Below, in pieces: positions 16,124 through 26,536 of a stretch of 64,000 bases of DNA (position 1 is the stretch's first letter; each line of letters begins with the position of its first letter). Both the position numbers and the translations under genes were made by a program. The DNA is from an uncultured Actinomycetota bacterium (lineage in GTDB: Bacteria; Actinomycetota; Acidimicrobiia; Spongiisociales; UBA4744), in the NCBI GenBank assembly GCA_963718995.1, contig CAVRAP010000006.1:5795-69794 (forward strand), written 5' to 3'. The notes under the pieces are model-generated. The model did no database searches. It was given only the letters and a program-made list of their open reading frames with translations, and was not told where the DNA came from.

Positions 16124-18661
16124 TCCGCTTCCGACCAGCTCCCGCTCGACGGGAGCTTCGCCCCGGTTTCGATGCCAGCGGTCCCACAGGATCAACATGC
16201 TCGGGAGAACGCCGACCGAGGCAACCAGTGAGAACCCGATCGCCATGGCGGTCACCGCCCCGAACTGCTGAAAGGGGATCAGGCTCGAAGTCATCAGAAC
16301 GCCGAACCCGGCCAGAGTGGTGAAAGCCGAGCCGGCCAGGGCTCCGCCCGTATGGCCCGTGGTTGAGCGCATCGCTGCTTCAGGATCGTCGAACCGTTGC
16401 CGGTCTTCCAGATACCGGTGAGTCACGTGGATTGAGTAGGGGACGCCGATGCCGATAGCGAGGGCGGCGGTCATGGCGGTGACCGGCCCGAAGGGTATGT
16501 CCAGGACCGCCATCATCCCGTAGGTCCAGAGGACGACCATGACCACCGGGAGGATCGTGATGATGCCCAGGAACGGTCGGCGCGATTCGTACCAGAACGT
16601 TGCAACGAGCAACAGCATCGCAGCCGACAGGGTGATGATCAGCGATAGGTTCTGCGAGTCTTGCAGCGCTCCGACCACCGAGGCAGTCATGATGTTGACG
16701 TTGGTGGCGGTGGCGGTGACCTCGGGGAGCGCGGTTACGGGCGCGAAGTCGGCCGCCAGGTCGTCGGCCAGCTGCGCAGCGAATTCCTCTCCGGCCTGCG
16801 TCGAGACCTCGACCCTGGCGTAGCGGAGCAAACCCGCATCGTCGGCCGCCAGGACTGTCGGCATGATCGTTGGAGCCGCTTGCAGGGCGGACCGGTAGAT
16901 GGCTTCTACATTGGCGTCGTCGCTCATCGTCAAATCGGAGGTCATGCCCAACGTCCGGGCACGTTCGGCGAACTCGGGGTCGGCAGGCTGACCGCTCGCG
17001 TCGGGTCTGACCAGAGAAGCAATGACAGAGATGGGACTCTGCGCGGCGGCGTAGCCGTCGAGCGTTACGACGTGGTCGGTGCCTGCCAGGTTGGCGATGG
17101 CCGCCAGCAGGGCATTGTGGGACCGGGGTGTTGCCAGGTCGCCCTCGATGAGTATGTCGACGGTTTCGCCGAACCCACCACTGAATTCTTCCGCCAGAGT
17201 CTCGTACGACGTGCGGAGCGGGTCTTCGGCCGGCACGAAGTCGGTCGAACTGAATTCGGTGGTGAGTCGTGACATGCCGAAAGCACCGAGGCCGGTGAGG
17301 GCCAGCGCCAGTACCAGGGTGGGTATGGCCAGGTGCTCGGCAACGAGGGCCGTCTTGCTCATGACCTTCGGCATCAATCGTTGCTCGGGACGCTCGAACT
17401 CGCGGCGCGGCAGGGAATCCGCCCGTTCGGCACGTTGATCGAGCAGGACCCGGACGGCGGGGAGGAAGGTCAGGGTGATCAGGAAGGCCCCGACGATTCC
17501 AATCGCAGCCACGATGCCAAAGTCCCGGAGCGGCGGGATGGGATTGGCGACGTTGGTGAGGAAGCCGACCGCTGTGGTGGCGGTAGCCAGGATCAGGGCG
17601 ATCCCAACGGTCGTAGTCGCCCGCTCGGCCCCGGCCTTGACCTCCCGGCCCGCTCCCAGTTCCTCCCGGTAACGGGCCGTCACGTGGATGGCGAAGTCAA
17701 CTCCCAATCCGACCAGGAGCACGGGTAACACCTGGAGCAGCGGACTGAAGTCCCCGATCACGTGCAGGTACTTGGGGCCGAGCAGCACTCCGATACCAAT
17801 GACCCAGACAATCGACATGCCGATGGCTGCCAGGGTGAGACCCAGGTCTGCGAACGTCCGGCGGACGGCTGCAGCACCGTTGCGTCTTTCCTTCGGCCGG
17901 ATCCAATACACCGTGGCGAGGATGGCGGCGATGGTGGCTCCGGCGATGAGAAAAAGCCGGATGAGTTCATCGGAGAGCGGATCGACGGTGAGCAGCAGCT
18001 CGGCGCTGAACGCGGTAGCCGTGGTTGACCCCACGCCCGCGCCCGACACAACGCCGGTGATTGCGGTCTGCAGCGTCTGGAGCGCACTGAGGTCCAATCC
18101 GGAGGTGTCGAGGAACACGACCATCAGTCCGGTCCCCGACGTGACCGCCGCCAGGTCCGTACTGGTTGAGGAGAGGAGGCCCTCGAAGAGCTGCCGCTGT
18201 TCCCGGGGTACCCGGGCAAGCGAACCGGTGAAGGCGGCCTTCACGGCCTGGTCGTCGAGTGCGGAAATCGGATAGGCCATCGCCTGGACTGCCTGCAGGG
18301 TCGGTGTTAGGTAGCCGACGACGGGACCGTCCGGGCGGTCACTGAGTGCCACGGCGGGTTCCAGCCCGCGAATGGCCTGTTCGACGGCCAGCACCGTTTG
18401 CAGGCCTTCCGCCGTAATGACATCTCCTCCCGCTGACTCGATGAGGACCTGGACGGTGTTTTCGGAGCTTCCGAACCGCTCGTCGATGGTGGTGAGGGCG
18501 CGCAGCTCGGCGTTGTCGGGGACGAAGACCTCGATGCCGCTGGTCTGGACGAGTTGGGGGGCGAAGGCCCCGAATAGAGCGGTCAGCGTCAGGATGACGA
18601 TGATGACGGCGACGGGTGCTTTCCGTACGATGGCAGCCAGGAACATGACGAGGGTCTTCAC
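16118..18661 (-). CDS. MMPL-family RND-type membrane transporter
   Basis: 847 aa with two 6-TM bundles and large periplasmic loops (MmpL architecture). Divergent from a TetR gene. Confidence 0.85.
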   Translation of the reverse strand: MKTLVMFLAAIVRKAPVAVIIVILTLTALFGAFAPQLVQTSGIEVFVPDNAELRALTTIDERFGSSENTVQVLIESAGGDVITAEGLQTVLAVEQAIRGLEPAVALSDRPDGPVVGYLTPTLQAVQAMAYPISALDDQAVKAAFTGSLARVPREQRQLFEGLLSSTSTDLAAVTSGTGLMVVFLDTSGLDLSALQTLQTAITGVVSGAGVGSTTATAFSAELLLTVDPLSDELIRLFLIAGATIAAILATVYWIRPKERRNGAAAVRRTFADLGLTLAAIGMSIVWVIGIGVLLGPKYLHVIGDFSPLLQVLPVLLVGLGVDFAIHVTARYREELGAGREVKAGAERATTTVGIALILATATTAVGFLTNVANPIPPLRDFGIVAAIGIVGAFLITLTFLPAVRVLLDQRAERADSLPRREFERPEQRLMPKVMSKTALVAEHLAIPTLVLALALTGLGAFGMSRLTTEFSSTDFVPAEDPLRTSYETLAEEFSGGFGETVDILIEGDLATPRSHNALLAAIANLAGTDHVVTLDGYAAAQSPISVIASLVRPDASGQPADPEFAERARTLGMTSDLTMSDDANVEAIYRSALQAAPTIMPTVLAADDAGLLRYARVEVSTQAGEEFAAQLADDLAADFAPVTALPEVTATATNVNIMTASVVGALQDSQNLSLIITLSAAMLLLVATFWYESRRPFLGIITILPVVMVVLWTYGMMAVLDIPFGPVTAMTAALAIGIGVPYSIHVTHRYLEDRQRFDDPEAAMRSTTGHTGGALAGSAFTTLAGFGVLMTSSLIPFQQFGAVTAMAIGFSLVASVGVLPSMLILWDRWHRNRGEAPVERELVGSGQ

Positions 18662-18721
18662 GGGATAGTCTCCTTGGGAACCTTTAGCAACAAATGATAC
18701 ACTTCATGTAAAGATCGTAAC

Positions 18722-19307
18722 ATGGCTGAAAACACCAACACAACTCGCGAACGGATCCTGGAGGCCGCTCTCGAGCTGTTCATCCGCCAGGGGATCCGCA
18801 AGACGTCGATCGACGATGTTGCCGATCGGGCGGGCGTAACGAGGGTCACGGTGTACCGGCACTTCTCGGATCGGCAACAGTTGATTGGAGAGTCGTTCCG
18901 TCTGGTCAACGCAACGTTCGACCGGATCCGGGCGGCTCTCGAAGACGAACCGGACCTCGACGGCTACCTGAACCGAATGGCGACCGAGCTGACTTCGGTA
19001 CCGCTCGGAATCATGTCGGGCTTGGCTGAACTGGAAACGCTGCATCCGGACATCCACGCCGACCTGCGCAAAGGCAGACGCAAGCTTCTCCGTGCGATCT
19101 TTGACCAGCTCTACGCCCGGGCGCAAGAACGAGGGCAGACTGCGATCTGGTCTCGACAAAGACGTGGTTGAAGCCTTGTTCTGGGAGGTCGTGATGACCC
19201 TCCCGGAGAGCTCGGTGCTTTCGTCGCGCGGGCTGACGCCTGCCGAGATATACGCAACGCTCAGCGGCTTGCTACTGCACGGTCTCCTGAAAGAGTCGGA
19301 CCGCTAG
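18722..19307 (+). CDS. TetR-family transcriptional regulator (apparent frameshift near 19133)
   Basis: N-terminal 'RERILEAALELFIRQGIRKTSIDDVADRAGVTRVTVYRHF'. ORFs 18722..19171 and 19092..19307 join as '...YARAQERG/RLRSGLDKDVVEALFWEVV'. Confidence 0.7.
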
Positions 19308-20038
19308 CGGGCGGTCCCTCGCATCGAACCGGTCAGAAGTGACCCGTTGAGATCGTAGAGGACGCACGTGATGGCGTGATCCCCCTCGCCCCAGCCTTCC
19401 TCACTTGGATAGAAGTAGCCAAAATCGAGGACGGAGTCCTCATAGGCAATCGAAACGAAAGTGTCGAAGGCAGTGAGACAGAACTGATCGGCGAAATCCC
19501 AGATGGCTGTTTCCCCCGGAAATGACTCGGAGGTCGTGTAGTTGGTCGTCACGTAGACCTCGTTTTCGTGCGGCTCGTTGCAGGGGATCGCGTCGACGTC
19601 CTTGATTTCGACGGCATCCTCAGATCCGGACGGCATGTCAAAACAATCGCCGGCCCGCAGCTCGGTAACTTCGAGATCCCCGGCTTCCACAATGACGCCG
19701 GAGTCGGTCCGGTCGGCGCCGTTGAGGGCTCCATCGATCAAGCCCCACGCAGTGGGGGCGAGGACGAGCAGCAGGAAGCCACCCCGCAGGACGTTCTTGA
19801 GGGGAAAGCCGCGCCCGGGGGGTGCGGTGACGGGTGGAGGTGGTATCTCCTGAGCGGCCACATAGGTTTCGGCATCCTGGCCTTCGAGGGTGTACGGGTC
19901 GGCCTCCCGGTCGAACTCGATGCCGGGCGGTGGCGGGGGGAGGTCCCTTCGCTGACCGAGCAGCGGGCCCCGGCAGGTCGGGCAATACGCGGGCGATGCG
20001 TCACCGACGTCGGCGCTGCAATGCGGGCACGGTTTCAT
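19304..20038 (-). CDS. membrane protein with N-terminal zinc ribbon and Pro-rich linker
   Basis: 'CPHCSADV...CPTCRG' zinc ribbon, a 'PPPPPG'/'PPPPVTAPPG' linker, one TM helix and a C-terminal extracytoplasmic domain of about 130 aa. Confidence 0.5.
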   Translation of the reverse strand: MKPCPHCSADVGDASPAYCPTCRGPLLGQRRDLPPPPPGIEFDREADPYTLEGQDAETYVAAQEIPPPPVTAPPGRGFPLKNVLRGGFLLLVLAPTAWGLIDGALNGADRTDSGVIVEAGDLEVTELRAGDCFDMPSGSEDAVEIKDVDAIPCNEPHENEVYVTTNYTTSESFPGETAIWDFADQFCLTAFDTFVSIAYEDSVLDFGYFYPSEEGWGEGDHAITCVLYDLNGSLLTGSMRGTAR

Positions 20039-20097
20039 GGGAGCTCCCGGAACGATTCCTTCAGTTTTCGGCGAGTCGCGCTGAGTACTTGAGCGGG

Positions 20098-21198
20098 TCA
20101 GGTACCGGCAACGAGAAGCGGAACCTGAAGCTCCTCCTTTGCCAGCCCGCCGTGATAGCCGGTCAGCCGCTTGTCCATGAAGCGGGGGATCAACAGGCGG
20201 CCCGGATCGGCAAGCAGGACCTTGTCCGGCAGTCGTCCGGCCAGGTCCGGATGGTCCCGGCCGGGCCCCAACCAGGTCCGGTACTCCGATGTCTCAACGA
20301 CCCGGCATGGCAGGCCGACGAGCGCCTTCGAGAGCTCGGCGTCGAACCGGCGCACCAGCACCGCTCGGGGGTCGCCGTAGAATTCTGGTCCCATCCGGTG
20401 CGGGATGAACGCCTTGTCGCCTTCGGCGTAGTCGATGTGCCCGTGATCGGCAGTTCCCACCATCACCGCGTGAGCCGGGAGGGCCGAGGCAATGCGGTCC
20501 CAGACGGCGGCCGCCGTCGAGATGGCTGCGGCGTACTCATCAGAGCCCTGGCCACCCACGTGGGCGGCCACGTCAACATTCGGGAAGTACGTGAAGATGA
20601 ACCGGCCGGGCACCGCAGCCAGCTGGGCGGTGGCGTCGATGATCTCGTTGATGGTCCACACGGCTTCATTGCGACATCCTCGATAGAGAACCCGGCTGAG
20701 CGGACTGTCCTGAAAGTTGCCGGGCTGCACGGTGATCGGCTCAATGTCATGGGCTCGCAAGCGCTGCCACAGGTTGGGGGCCGGCAGGAAGGAATCGTGG
20801 TCGAGGCGTACGGCTTCCCCCCAGGGTGTCGTCCACTTCAAGGTGTTCACGACCTGACCGGCGGCGGGAACATACAGTTGGTGCCCGATCAGACCGTGGG
20901 TCCCGGGCGCCAGCCCGGTGGCGATGGTCGCCAGGTTGGCGCTGGTCGTGGTGGGAAAGACCGCGTCGAGAGCCGCGGTCCGGGCGTTGCGGAGGGAAGC
21001 CGCCCCGGGGTGCTGGAGCTGGGCATCGCCCAAGCCGTCGAAAAGGACGAGCACGTAGGTGGCGGCCTCCGGGATGTGCCCGGCGAGGTGAGCGTGCAGC
21101 CGCTCGGCCGGGGCAGATCCGGTCAGGCGATGTTCGAGCTCCGCCATCAGGTTGAGCAGGCTGCCGCCGGCGTAGTCGGGAATGGAGGGTTCAATCAC
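20098..21198 (-). CDS. alkaline phosphatase-family (nucleotide pyrophosphatase/phosphodiesterase-like) metalloenzyme
   Basis: Metal-ligand pattern 'FDGLGD...T(T)(S)...DHGH' typical of the AP superfamily. GTG start at 21198. Confidence 0.6.
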   Translation of the reverse strand: MIEPSIPDYAGGSLLNLMAELEHRLTGSAPAERLHAHLAGHIPEAATYVLVLFDGLGDAQLQHPGAASLRNARTAALDAVFPTTTSANLATIATGLAPGTHGLIGHQLYVPAAGQVVNTLKWTTPWGEAVRLDHDSFLPAPNLWQRLRAHDIEPITVQPGNFQDSPLSRVLYRGCRNEAVWTINEIIDATAQLAAVPGRFIFTYFPNVDVAAHVGGQGSDEYAAAISTAAAVWDRIASALPAHAVMVGTADHGHIDYAEGDKAFIPHRMGPEFYGDPRAVLVRRFDAELSKALVGLPCRVVETSEYRTWLGPGRDHPDLAGRLPDKVLLADPGRLLIPRFMDKRLTGYHGGLAKEELQVPLLVAGT

Positions 21199-21307
21199 AG
21201 TTTCCAGTTTCCAGTTATCAGTTGTCAGTTATCAGTCATCAGTCATCAGTCATGAGTCATGAGTTATCAGTTGCCAGTTGCCAGTTGCCAGTTGCCAGTT
21301 GCCAGTC
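21197..21307. repeat. CAGT-core heptanucleotide tandem repeat array (unidirectional)
   Basis: (ccagttt)(ccagtta)(tcagttg)(tcagtta)(tcagtca)x3(tgagtca)x2...(gccagtt)x5. Lies in the divergent promoter region between 21198(-) and 21455(+). Confidence 0.9.
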
Positions 21308-21454
21308 AAGCACTCTCGCTATGCGCGAGATGCCGAATGACGGCTGTCGACCGAACCGGGGATTCGCCTAAATGTGACCTTTTGGCCTAGCTTGACGGGC
21401 CTATGGGACCCGTGTGTAACCACCGGTCATCTATAGCGTTTCATCACATAAACC

Positions 21455-22597
21455 TTGAGGGAGGTTCCTATGCGACACAAGCGTGTCGTTTTTTCTGTAA
21501 TCACCGTCCTCGCCTTGTTGCTGACCGCCTGCGGCGGCGGCGAAGCGGAGACGACCACCACTGCAGCCCCTGCTGCTACTACCACCACGGAAGCGCCAAC
21601 GACCACGGAAGCGCCTACCACCACCGAAGCCCCGTTTGAGGCTCCGGACGGTGCGCTGGTTTCCTATCCGGCCGATGCGGCTCCTGCACTCGACGGCGTT
21701 GCCGACGATGCGGCATGGGCCGATGCCCCCGAAGTCAACGTCAGTGTCTCCGGCGGGTCCAACAGCGGTGCGGCCGATGTGACGCTGAAGTCGGTGCATT
21801 CCGGCGACATGGTGTATTTCCTGGTCAGCTGGGATGACCCGACCGAGAGCTACCTGCGCTCCCCTTGGGAGAAGCTGGCCGACGGCACCTGGGCCCAGAA
21901 GTCGGACCCGGATGACAAGGGTGGCGACAACAACGTGTGGTACGAGGACAAGATGTCGATGATCTGGAATATCGGCAACACCATCCCCGACTTCGACACC
22001 GTTGGTTGTTTCACCGCTTGCCATGCGGGTGAAGACTCCGACGCCAAGCCATACGGAAACAAGTACACCGACGAAGAAGGACAGCTGGGCGACATCTGGC
22101 ACTGGAAGTCGGTTCGTAACCTGAACCAGGTTGACGACCAGTACCTGGACTCCACCCGCTATTCCGCCGACACGCCCGGCGCCGGACGCCACGGCGACCC
22201 CAGCGACGGTGGCGGTTATACCAACAACAAGACCGAGGACGGCTCGTTGCCTGCCTTCATGGCTCCCGACGGCGGGTCGAAGGACGGCGCTCCCGGCTAC
22301 ATCCTCGATTCCGAGAAGGTTGAGTTCGACGACTCGCTGTTCGCCGTTGGTGACCTGCTGCCCGGCATTTACAAGACCGAGTTCACCGGTGATCGTGGAG
22401 ATCTCACGGCCGGATTCGCCTACGCCGGCGGTACCTGGACTGTGGAAATCGGTCGCAAGCTTGTGACCGGATCTGAGTTTGACGTCCAGTTCGACGACAT
22501 GGCCGGGCTCTACCACTTCGGGGTAGCCACGTTTGACAATGCCCAGGTGCGGCATTCGTTCCAGACGGGTGTCGTTCCGTTCGTGTTCAAGCCGTAA
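21455..22597 (+). CDS. secreted lipoprotein with Thr-rich linker and a putative haem-binding EB_dh/DOMON-like domain
   Basis: Lipobox 'LLLTACGG', linker 'TTTEAPTTTEAPTTTEAP', and similarity in architecture to the ethylbenzene-dehydrogenase-gamma/DOMON fold ('GCFTACHAG'). Assignment is tentative. Confidence 0.4.
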   Translation: MREVPMRHKRVVFSVITVLALLLTACGGGEAETTTTAAPAATTTTEAPTTTEAPTTTEAPFEAPDGALVSYPADAAPALDGVADDAAWADAPEVNVSVSGGSNSGAADVTLKSVHSGDMVYFLVSWDDPTESYLRSPWEKLADGTWAQKSDPDDKGGDNNVWYEDKMSMIWNIGNTIPDFDTVGCFTACHAGEDSDAKPYGNKYTDEEGQLGDIWHWKSVRNLNQVDDQYLDSTRYSADTPGAGRHGDPSDGGGYTNNKTEDGSLPAFMAPDGGSKDGAPGYILDSEKVEFDDSLFAVGDLLPGIYKTEFTGDRGDLTAGFAYAGGTWTVEIGRKLVTGSEFDVQFDDMAGLYHFGVATFDNAQVRHSFQTGVVPFVFKP

Positions 22598-22613
22598 GCA
22601 ACATCTAGCTCAA

Positions 22614-22650
22614 AGGGCCCGTGGCGGAAGCCGCGGGCCCTTTTTGTTTG
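22614..22650. terminator. bidirectional rho-independent terminator
   Basis: 'aaagggcccgtggcggaagccgcgggccctttttgttt': a 7-bp GC stem followed by a T-run. Sits between convergent genes. Confidence 0.75.
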
Positions 22651-22784
22651 GGTTGGATCTCCCCCCTGCGACCGAAGCGAGTGGGTTGGGGGGAGTACCG
22701 CCGCAGGCGGGGAGGGGGGCCGGTTCTCACCAACTAGGCCTGATGCCGCCACGCAGCGGAGCGGAGAGGAGAGGGTGGAACTCT

Positions 22785-23648
22785 CTAGAGCTCTCGGTGC
22801 CACTCAGCAATGGCCCGGCCGATCTCGTCGGGGGAATCTTCCTGAATGAAGTGGATTCCGGGGACGGTCGCCTCGGTCTGGTTCGGCCACGTGCGGCAGA
22901 ACTCGCGCTGGGGGCCGATCAGAATCGAGCCGGGGTCGGCGTTGATAAACAACTTGGGCAGGTCGCTGGTTGCCAGCCATTGCGAGTAGCCGTCGACGAT
23001 ACGGTGCACGTCGGCCGGCGAGCCGTTGATGGGGATCTCCCGGGGCCAGGTGAGCATCGGGCGCCGGGCTTCGCCCGCCTCGAGATAGGGCTTGCGATAT
23101 TCGGTCATCTCCGCCTCAGTCAGATCCCGCATGATGGATCCGGGTAGCACCCGCTCGATGAAGAGATTGCGGGCGAGGATCATCTCTTCACCCGCCTCGG
23201 ACCGGAGCCCCGCGAAGAACTGGCGGGCCGAGGCTGGCCACTCTTCCCACGTCACCGGTCGGACGATGGCCTCCATGTAGGCGATCCCTTTCACAGAATC
23301 CCGGTGACGGTTGGCCCAATCGAAGCCGAGTCCCGACCCCCAGTCGTGGAGGACCAGGGTGACGTTCGCATCGACGCCGAGTACGTCGAGCAGAGTATCG
23401 AGGTAGGAACTGTGTTCCAGGAAGCGGTAGGTGCCTGCGCCGCTCGGGGTTTGCTTTTGCGAGTCGCCCATGCCGAGGAGATCCGGGGCGATGCAGCGGC
23501 CGTGCTCCTGGAGGTGGGGGATCACGTTGCGCCACAGATACGAAGAGGTCGGATTGCCGTGCAGGAACACAATGGGGTCGCCCCGGCCCGTCTCGACATA
23601 GGCCATGGAGTGGCCGAGCACCTCGACCCGCTTCTTCTCGTATGCCAT
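22785..23648 (-). CDS. haloalkane dehalogenase-like alpha/beta hydrolase
   Basis: 'VFLHGNPTSSYLWRNVIPHL' oxyanion/HGxP region, nucleophile 'VLHDWGSGLGF' and 'IHFIQEDSPDEI' His region. Trimmed from ORF 22785..23777 to the ATG at 23648. Confidence 0.75.
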   Translation of the reverse strand: MAYEKKRVEVLGHSMAYVETGRGDPIVFLHGNPTSSYLWRNVIPHLQEHGRCIAPDLLGMGDSQKQTPSGAGTYRFLEHSSYLDTLLDVLGVDANVTLVLHDWGSGLGFDWANRHRDSVKGIAYMEAIVRPVTWEEWPASARQFFAGLRSEAGEEMILARNLFIERVLPGSIMRDLTEAEMTEYRKPYLEAGEARRPMLTWPREIPINGSPADVHRIVDGYSQWLATSDLPKLFINADPGSILIGPQREFCRTWPNQTEATVPGIHFIQEDSPDEIGRAIAEWHREL

Positions 23649-23791
23649 CCCGCCTCCCCGATCGCTTTCCCCGAACGCTACCCCGCACTCCCGTGGAAAA
23701 CGCAGGAACTTTGGGGCGCCATCCGGACTTCCTATACTTCCGGCACTGCGGGGCGCAGGCGTCCCGGCTTCGAGCACGAGGGGTAGGTCGG

Positions 23792-24157
23792 GTGAGTCCG
23801 TACTTTCAGGACTACGTGACGGTGGCAGCGTTTGGAGCGCTGGGCGTCGTGCTGGTGCTCGCCCTGCTGGGGATAGCTTCCATCTTTCGCCCTTCTCATC
23901 CGCATCCCGCCAAGCTCCTGACGTACGAGTGCGGAGTCGATCCGGTCGGGGGGGATTGGAGCCAGTCGCAGGTCAGGTACTACATCTTTGGCCTGCTGTT
24001 CGTGATCTTCGACGTCGAAGCGGTGTTCATTTTTCCGTGGGCCATCATCCTCGAGCGACTCGGTGTGTTCGGCCTGGTTGAGATGGTGATCTTCATATTC
24101 ATCCTGCTCCTGGGCCTGATCTATGCCATCCGCAAAGGAGTGCTCAAGTGGGAGTGA
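23792..24157 (+). CDS. nuoA: NADH-quinone oxidoreductase subunit A
   Basis: 3-TM protein with 'YECGVDP' and '[15 protein letters not shown]' motifs. GTG start. Confidence 0.85.
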   Translation: MSPYFQDYVTVAAFGALGVVLVLALLGIASIFRPSHPHPAKLLTYECGVDPVGGDWSQSQVRYYIFGLLFVIFDVEAVFIFPWAIILERLGVFGLVEMVIFIFILLLGLIYAIRKGVLKWE

Positions 24158-24645
24158 TCGAACGATTCGGGATGCCAAAACCGGTGTCCTGGCTGCTCAA
24201 CTGGGGTCGTAAGTACTCGCTGTGGATGTATCAGTTCGGGTTGGCTTGCTGTGCCATCGAAATGATCGCTGCCGCCGGTCCCCGCTTCGACATGATGAGG
24301 TTCGGGATCATCCCGCTGCCCGCTTCTCCCCGGCAGGCCGACCTGATGATCGTGGCCGGCACCGTGACCGACAAGATGGCACCCGCCGTGCGCCGCCTGT
24401 ACGAGCAGATGCCTGATCCCAAGTATGTGATCTCGATGGGATCGTGCGCCAACTGCGGCGGTCCGTACTGGGACTCGTACTCGGTGACGAAAGGAGTCGA
24501 TCAGATCATCCCCGTTGACGTGTACGTACCCGGTTGCCCGCCCCGACCGGAAGCCTTGATGGAAGGGATCGTTCTGCTCCAGAAGAAGATCCAAAACGAG
24601 AATCTCCAGGAGAAGTGGAAAGAGCGTGCCGAGCAACCCGTCTAA
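24148..24645 (+). CDS. nuoB: NADH-quinone oxidoreductase subunit B (N2 cluster)
   Basis: '[10 protein letters not shown]', '[10 protein letters not shown]' and 'VPGCPPRPE'. Confidence 0.9.
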   Translation: MGVIERFGMPKPVSWLLNWGRKYSLWMYQFGLACCAIEMIAAAGPRFDMMRFGIIPLPASPRQADLMIVAGTVTDKMAPAVRRLYEQMPDPKYVISMGSCANCGGPYWDSYSVTKGVDQIIPVDVYVPGCPPRPEALMEGIVLLQKKIQNENLQEKWKERAEQPV

Positions 24646-25207
24646 TACCGCGGATTCTCAAGAGGTGCTCTTCGCCTATGCGGAGCACGTCGCCGACGTT
24701 CTCGACGCGGACCCGGTGGTAGCTCGTCATGGAACGGTCAAGGCGCACGTTCCGAGGGAGCGCTGGATCGAGGCCCTCACCAAGGCCCGGGACGATCTCG
24801 GTCTGGTTTTCTTCTCGTGGTTGTCCGCCATCGACTGGTCGAATCAGGTCGAGGTGGGGGATCCCCCTGCTGAGGAAGTCGACGAACGTCTCGAACTTCT
24901 GTGCACGATCAGCGACCTGTCCGAAGGCAAGCGGGTCACCATCTCCACCGAGGTTTCCAAGGACGACCCGACGATGCCGACGGCCACCGGCGTGTACCGG
25001 GGCGCCAACTGGCACGAACGGGAGACCTTCGAGATGTTCGGGATCGACTTCACCGGCCACCCCGACCTGAAAAAGCTCTACCTGGTTGAGGATTTCGAGG
25101 GGAACCCGCTTCGTAAGTCGTTCCCGTTGCTGAGCCGCGAAGTGAAACCGTGGCCCGGCACGGTGGATGTCGAGGCGATGCCGTCTACCGAAAATCCGGA
25201 GGCGTGA
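24626..25207 (+). CDS. nuoC: NADH-quinone oxidoreductase subunit C
   Basis: 30-kDa subunit fold: '[30 protein letters not shown]'. Confidence 0.85.
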   Translation: MPSNPSNTADSQEVLFAYAEHVADVLDADPVVARHGTVKAHVPRERWIEALTKARDDLGLVFFSWLSAIDWSNQVEVGDPPAEEVDERLELLCTISDLSEGKRVTISTEVSKDDPTMPTATGVYRGANWHERETFEMFGIDFTGHPDLKKLYLVEDFEGNPLRKSFPLLSREVKPWPGTVDVEAMPSTENPEA

Positions 25208-26391
25208 TGGACCACGAAGCCGCCATGGCTCTCTCGGAAGTGTCCGTCTCCATCGAACTCGAAACTCCGGAGATGACGCTGAACATCGGACCACAGCACC
25301 CGTCAACGCACGGGGTTCTCCGCCTGGTTGCCCAGGTCGACGGCGAGCGGGTCCGCGATATCAAGCCGGTCATCGGGTACATGCACCGCGGGTACGAGAA
25401 GATCTCGGAAGTCCGTACGTACCCGCAGATCACCGCTCTGATCAATCGCCTCGACTGGGTCGCCGGGTACGCAAATGAAATCCCTTTCATCGTCGGCGCC
25501 GAGCGGCTGATGGAACTGGAAGTTCCCCCGCGCGCCCAGTACATCCGGCTGATCCTCACCGAGATGGCCCGGATCTCTTCCCATCTGATCTTTTGTGGTT
25601 CCTACCCGCTCGAGTTGGGGGCCGGGACCCCCATGTTCTTCGCTCTGCGGGAAAGGGAGCGGGTGCTCGATCTCATGGAGGCGGTCACCGGCGGCCGTTT
25701 CCACCTCAACTTCAACCGCCTGGGCGGTGTTAAACCGACAGCCGGGGCCGGTTCCAGCACCCGCAAGCAAATCCAGGACCTTCCCAAGGGTTTCTACGAG
25801 GGCACCCGGGCCGCCATGGGGCGGGTGCTCGGCGTGTGCGACGAACTGGACCAGCTCATCAGCGGCAACGAGATCCTCTTTGCGCGTACCAAAGGTGTCG
25901 GGGTGATGACACCGGAGCAAGCGGCCGCCTACGGGGTCTCCGGTCCCAATCTGCGCGGGTCGGGAGTTGCCTTCGATCTCCGCAAAGTCGAGCACTACCT
26001 GCCGTACGACCAGCTGGATTTCAACGTGATAACCCGCCAGGAAGGCGATTGCTACGCCCGGTACGCCGTGCGGGTCGACGAGGTCCGGGAGTCGGCCAAG
26101 ATGATCATCCAGGCGATCGATTCGATTCCCTCAGGACCGTTGCAGGCGAAGGTGCCGAAGATCATCAAGGTGCCAAAAGGCGAGACCTATATGCGGGCGG
26201 AGAACCCCAAAGGTGAGATGGGCTACTACATCGTCTCCGAGGGCGGCACCGGACCGTACCGCTTGAAGATCCGCACCGCCTCCTTCTCCAACATCTCCGT
26301 GCTGTCCGAACTCATGGAAGGTGCTTTGATCCCCGACATCGTTGCCATCATGGGCAGTTTCGACTTCGTCCTCGGCGAGGTGGATCGATGA
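25207..26391 (+). CDS. nuoD: NADH-quinone oxidoreductase subunit D (49-kDa)
   Basis: 'LNIGPQHPSTHGVLRL', 'YMHRGYEKI' and the C-terminal 'RTASF' region. ATGA overlap with nuoC. Confidence 0.9.
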   Translation: MDHEAAMALSEVSVSIELETPEMTLNIGPQHPSTHGVLRLVAQVDGERVRDIKPVIGYMHRGYEKISEVRTYPQITALINRLDWVAGYANEIPFIVGAERLMELEVPPRAQYIRLILTEMARISSHLIFCGSYPLELGAGTPMFFALRERERVLDLMEAVTGGRFHLNFNRLGGVKPTAGAGSSTRKQIQDLPKGFYEGTRAAMGRVLGVCDELDQLISGNEILFARTKGVGVMTPEQAAAYGVSGPNLRGSGVAFDLRKVEHYLPYDQLDFNVITRQEGDCYARYAVRVDEVRESAKMIIQAIDSIPSGPLQAKVPKIIKVPKGETYMRAENPKGEMGYYIVSEGGTGPYRLKIRTASFSNISVLSELMEGALIPDIVAIMGSFDFVLGEVDR

Positions 26392-26448
26392 TGCCTGCGA
26401 CCTACGGCCGCAGGTTGACGAACTTCGTTCGTCGCTCGCTGCGCTCGA

Positions 26449-26536
26449 TCAGTTTCCAGTTTCCAGTTTCCAGTTTCCAGCAAGGAGGCGGTCCTCGATT
26501 GCGGACTGGCTACTGGCAACTGGCTACTGGCTACTG
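26449..26536. repeat. CAGT-core heptanucleotide repeat array, inverted two-arm organisation, inside the nuo cluster
   Basis: (cagtttc)x4, then 'caaggaggcggtcctcgattgcgga', then (ctggcta/ctggcaa)x4. Fills most of the 163-bp nuoD-nuoH spacer. Confidence 0.9.

Noticed and set aside
18662-18721. TetR operator in the mmpL-tetR divergent spacer
   Set aside because: The 60-bp spacer is notably AT-rich (ttagcaacaaatgatacacttcatgtaaagatcgtaaca), consistent with a promoter/operator region. However I could not identify a convincing palindrome of 12 bp or more, so no site is annotated.
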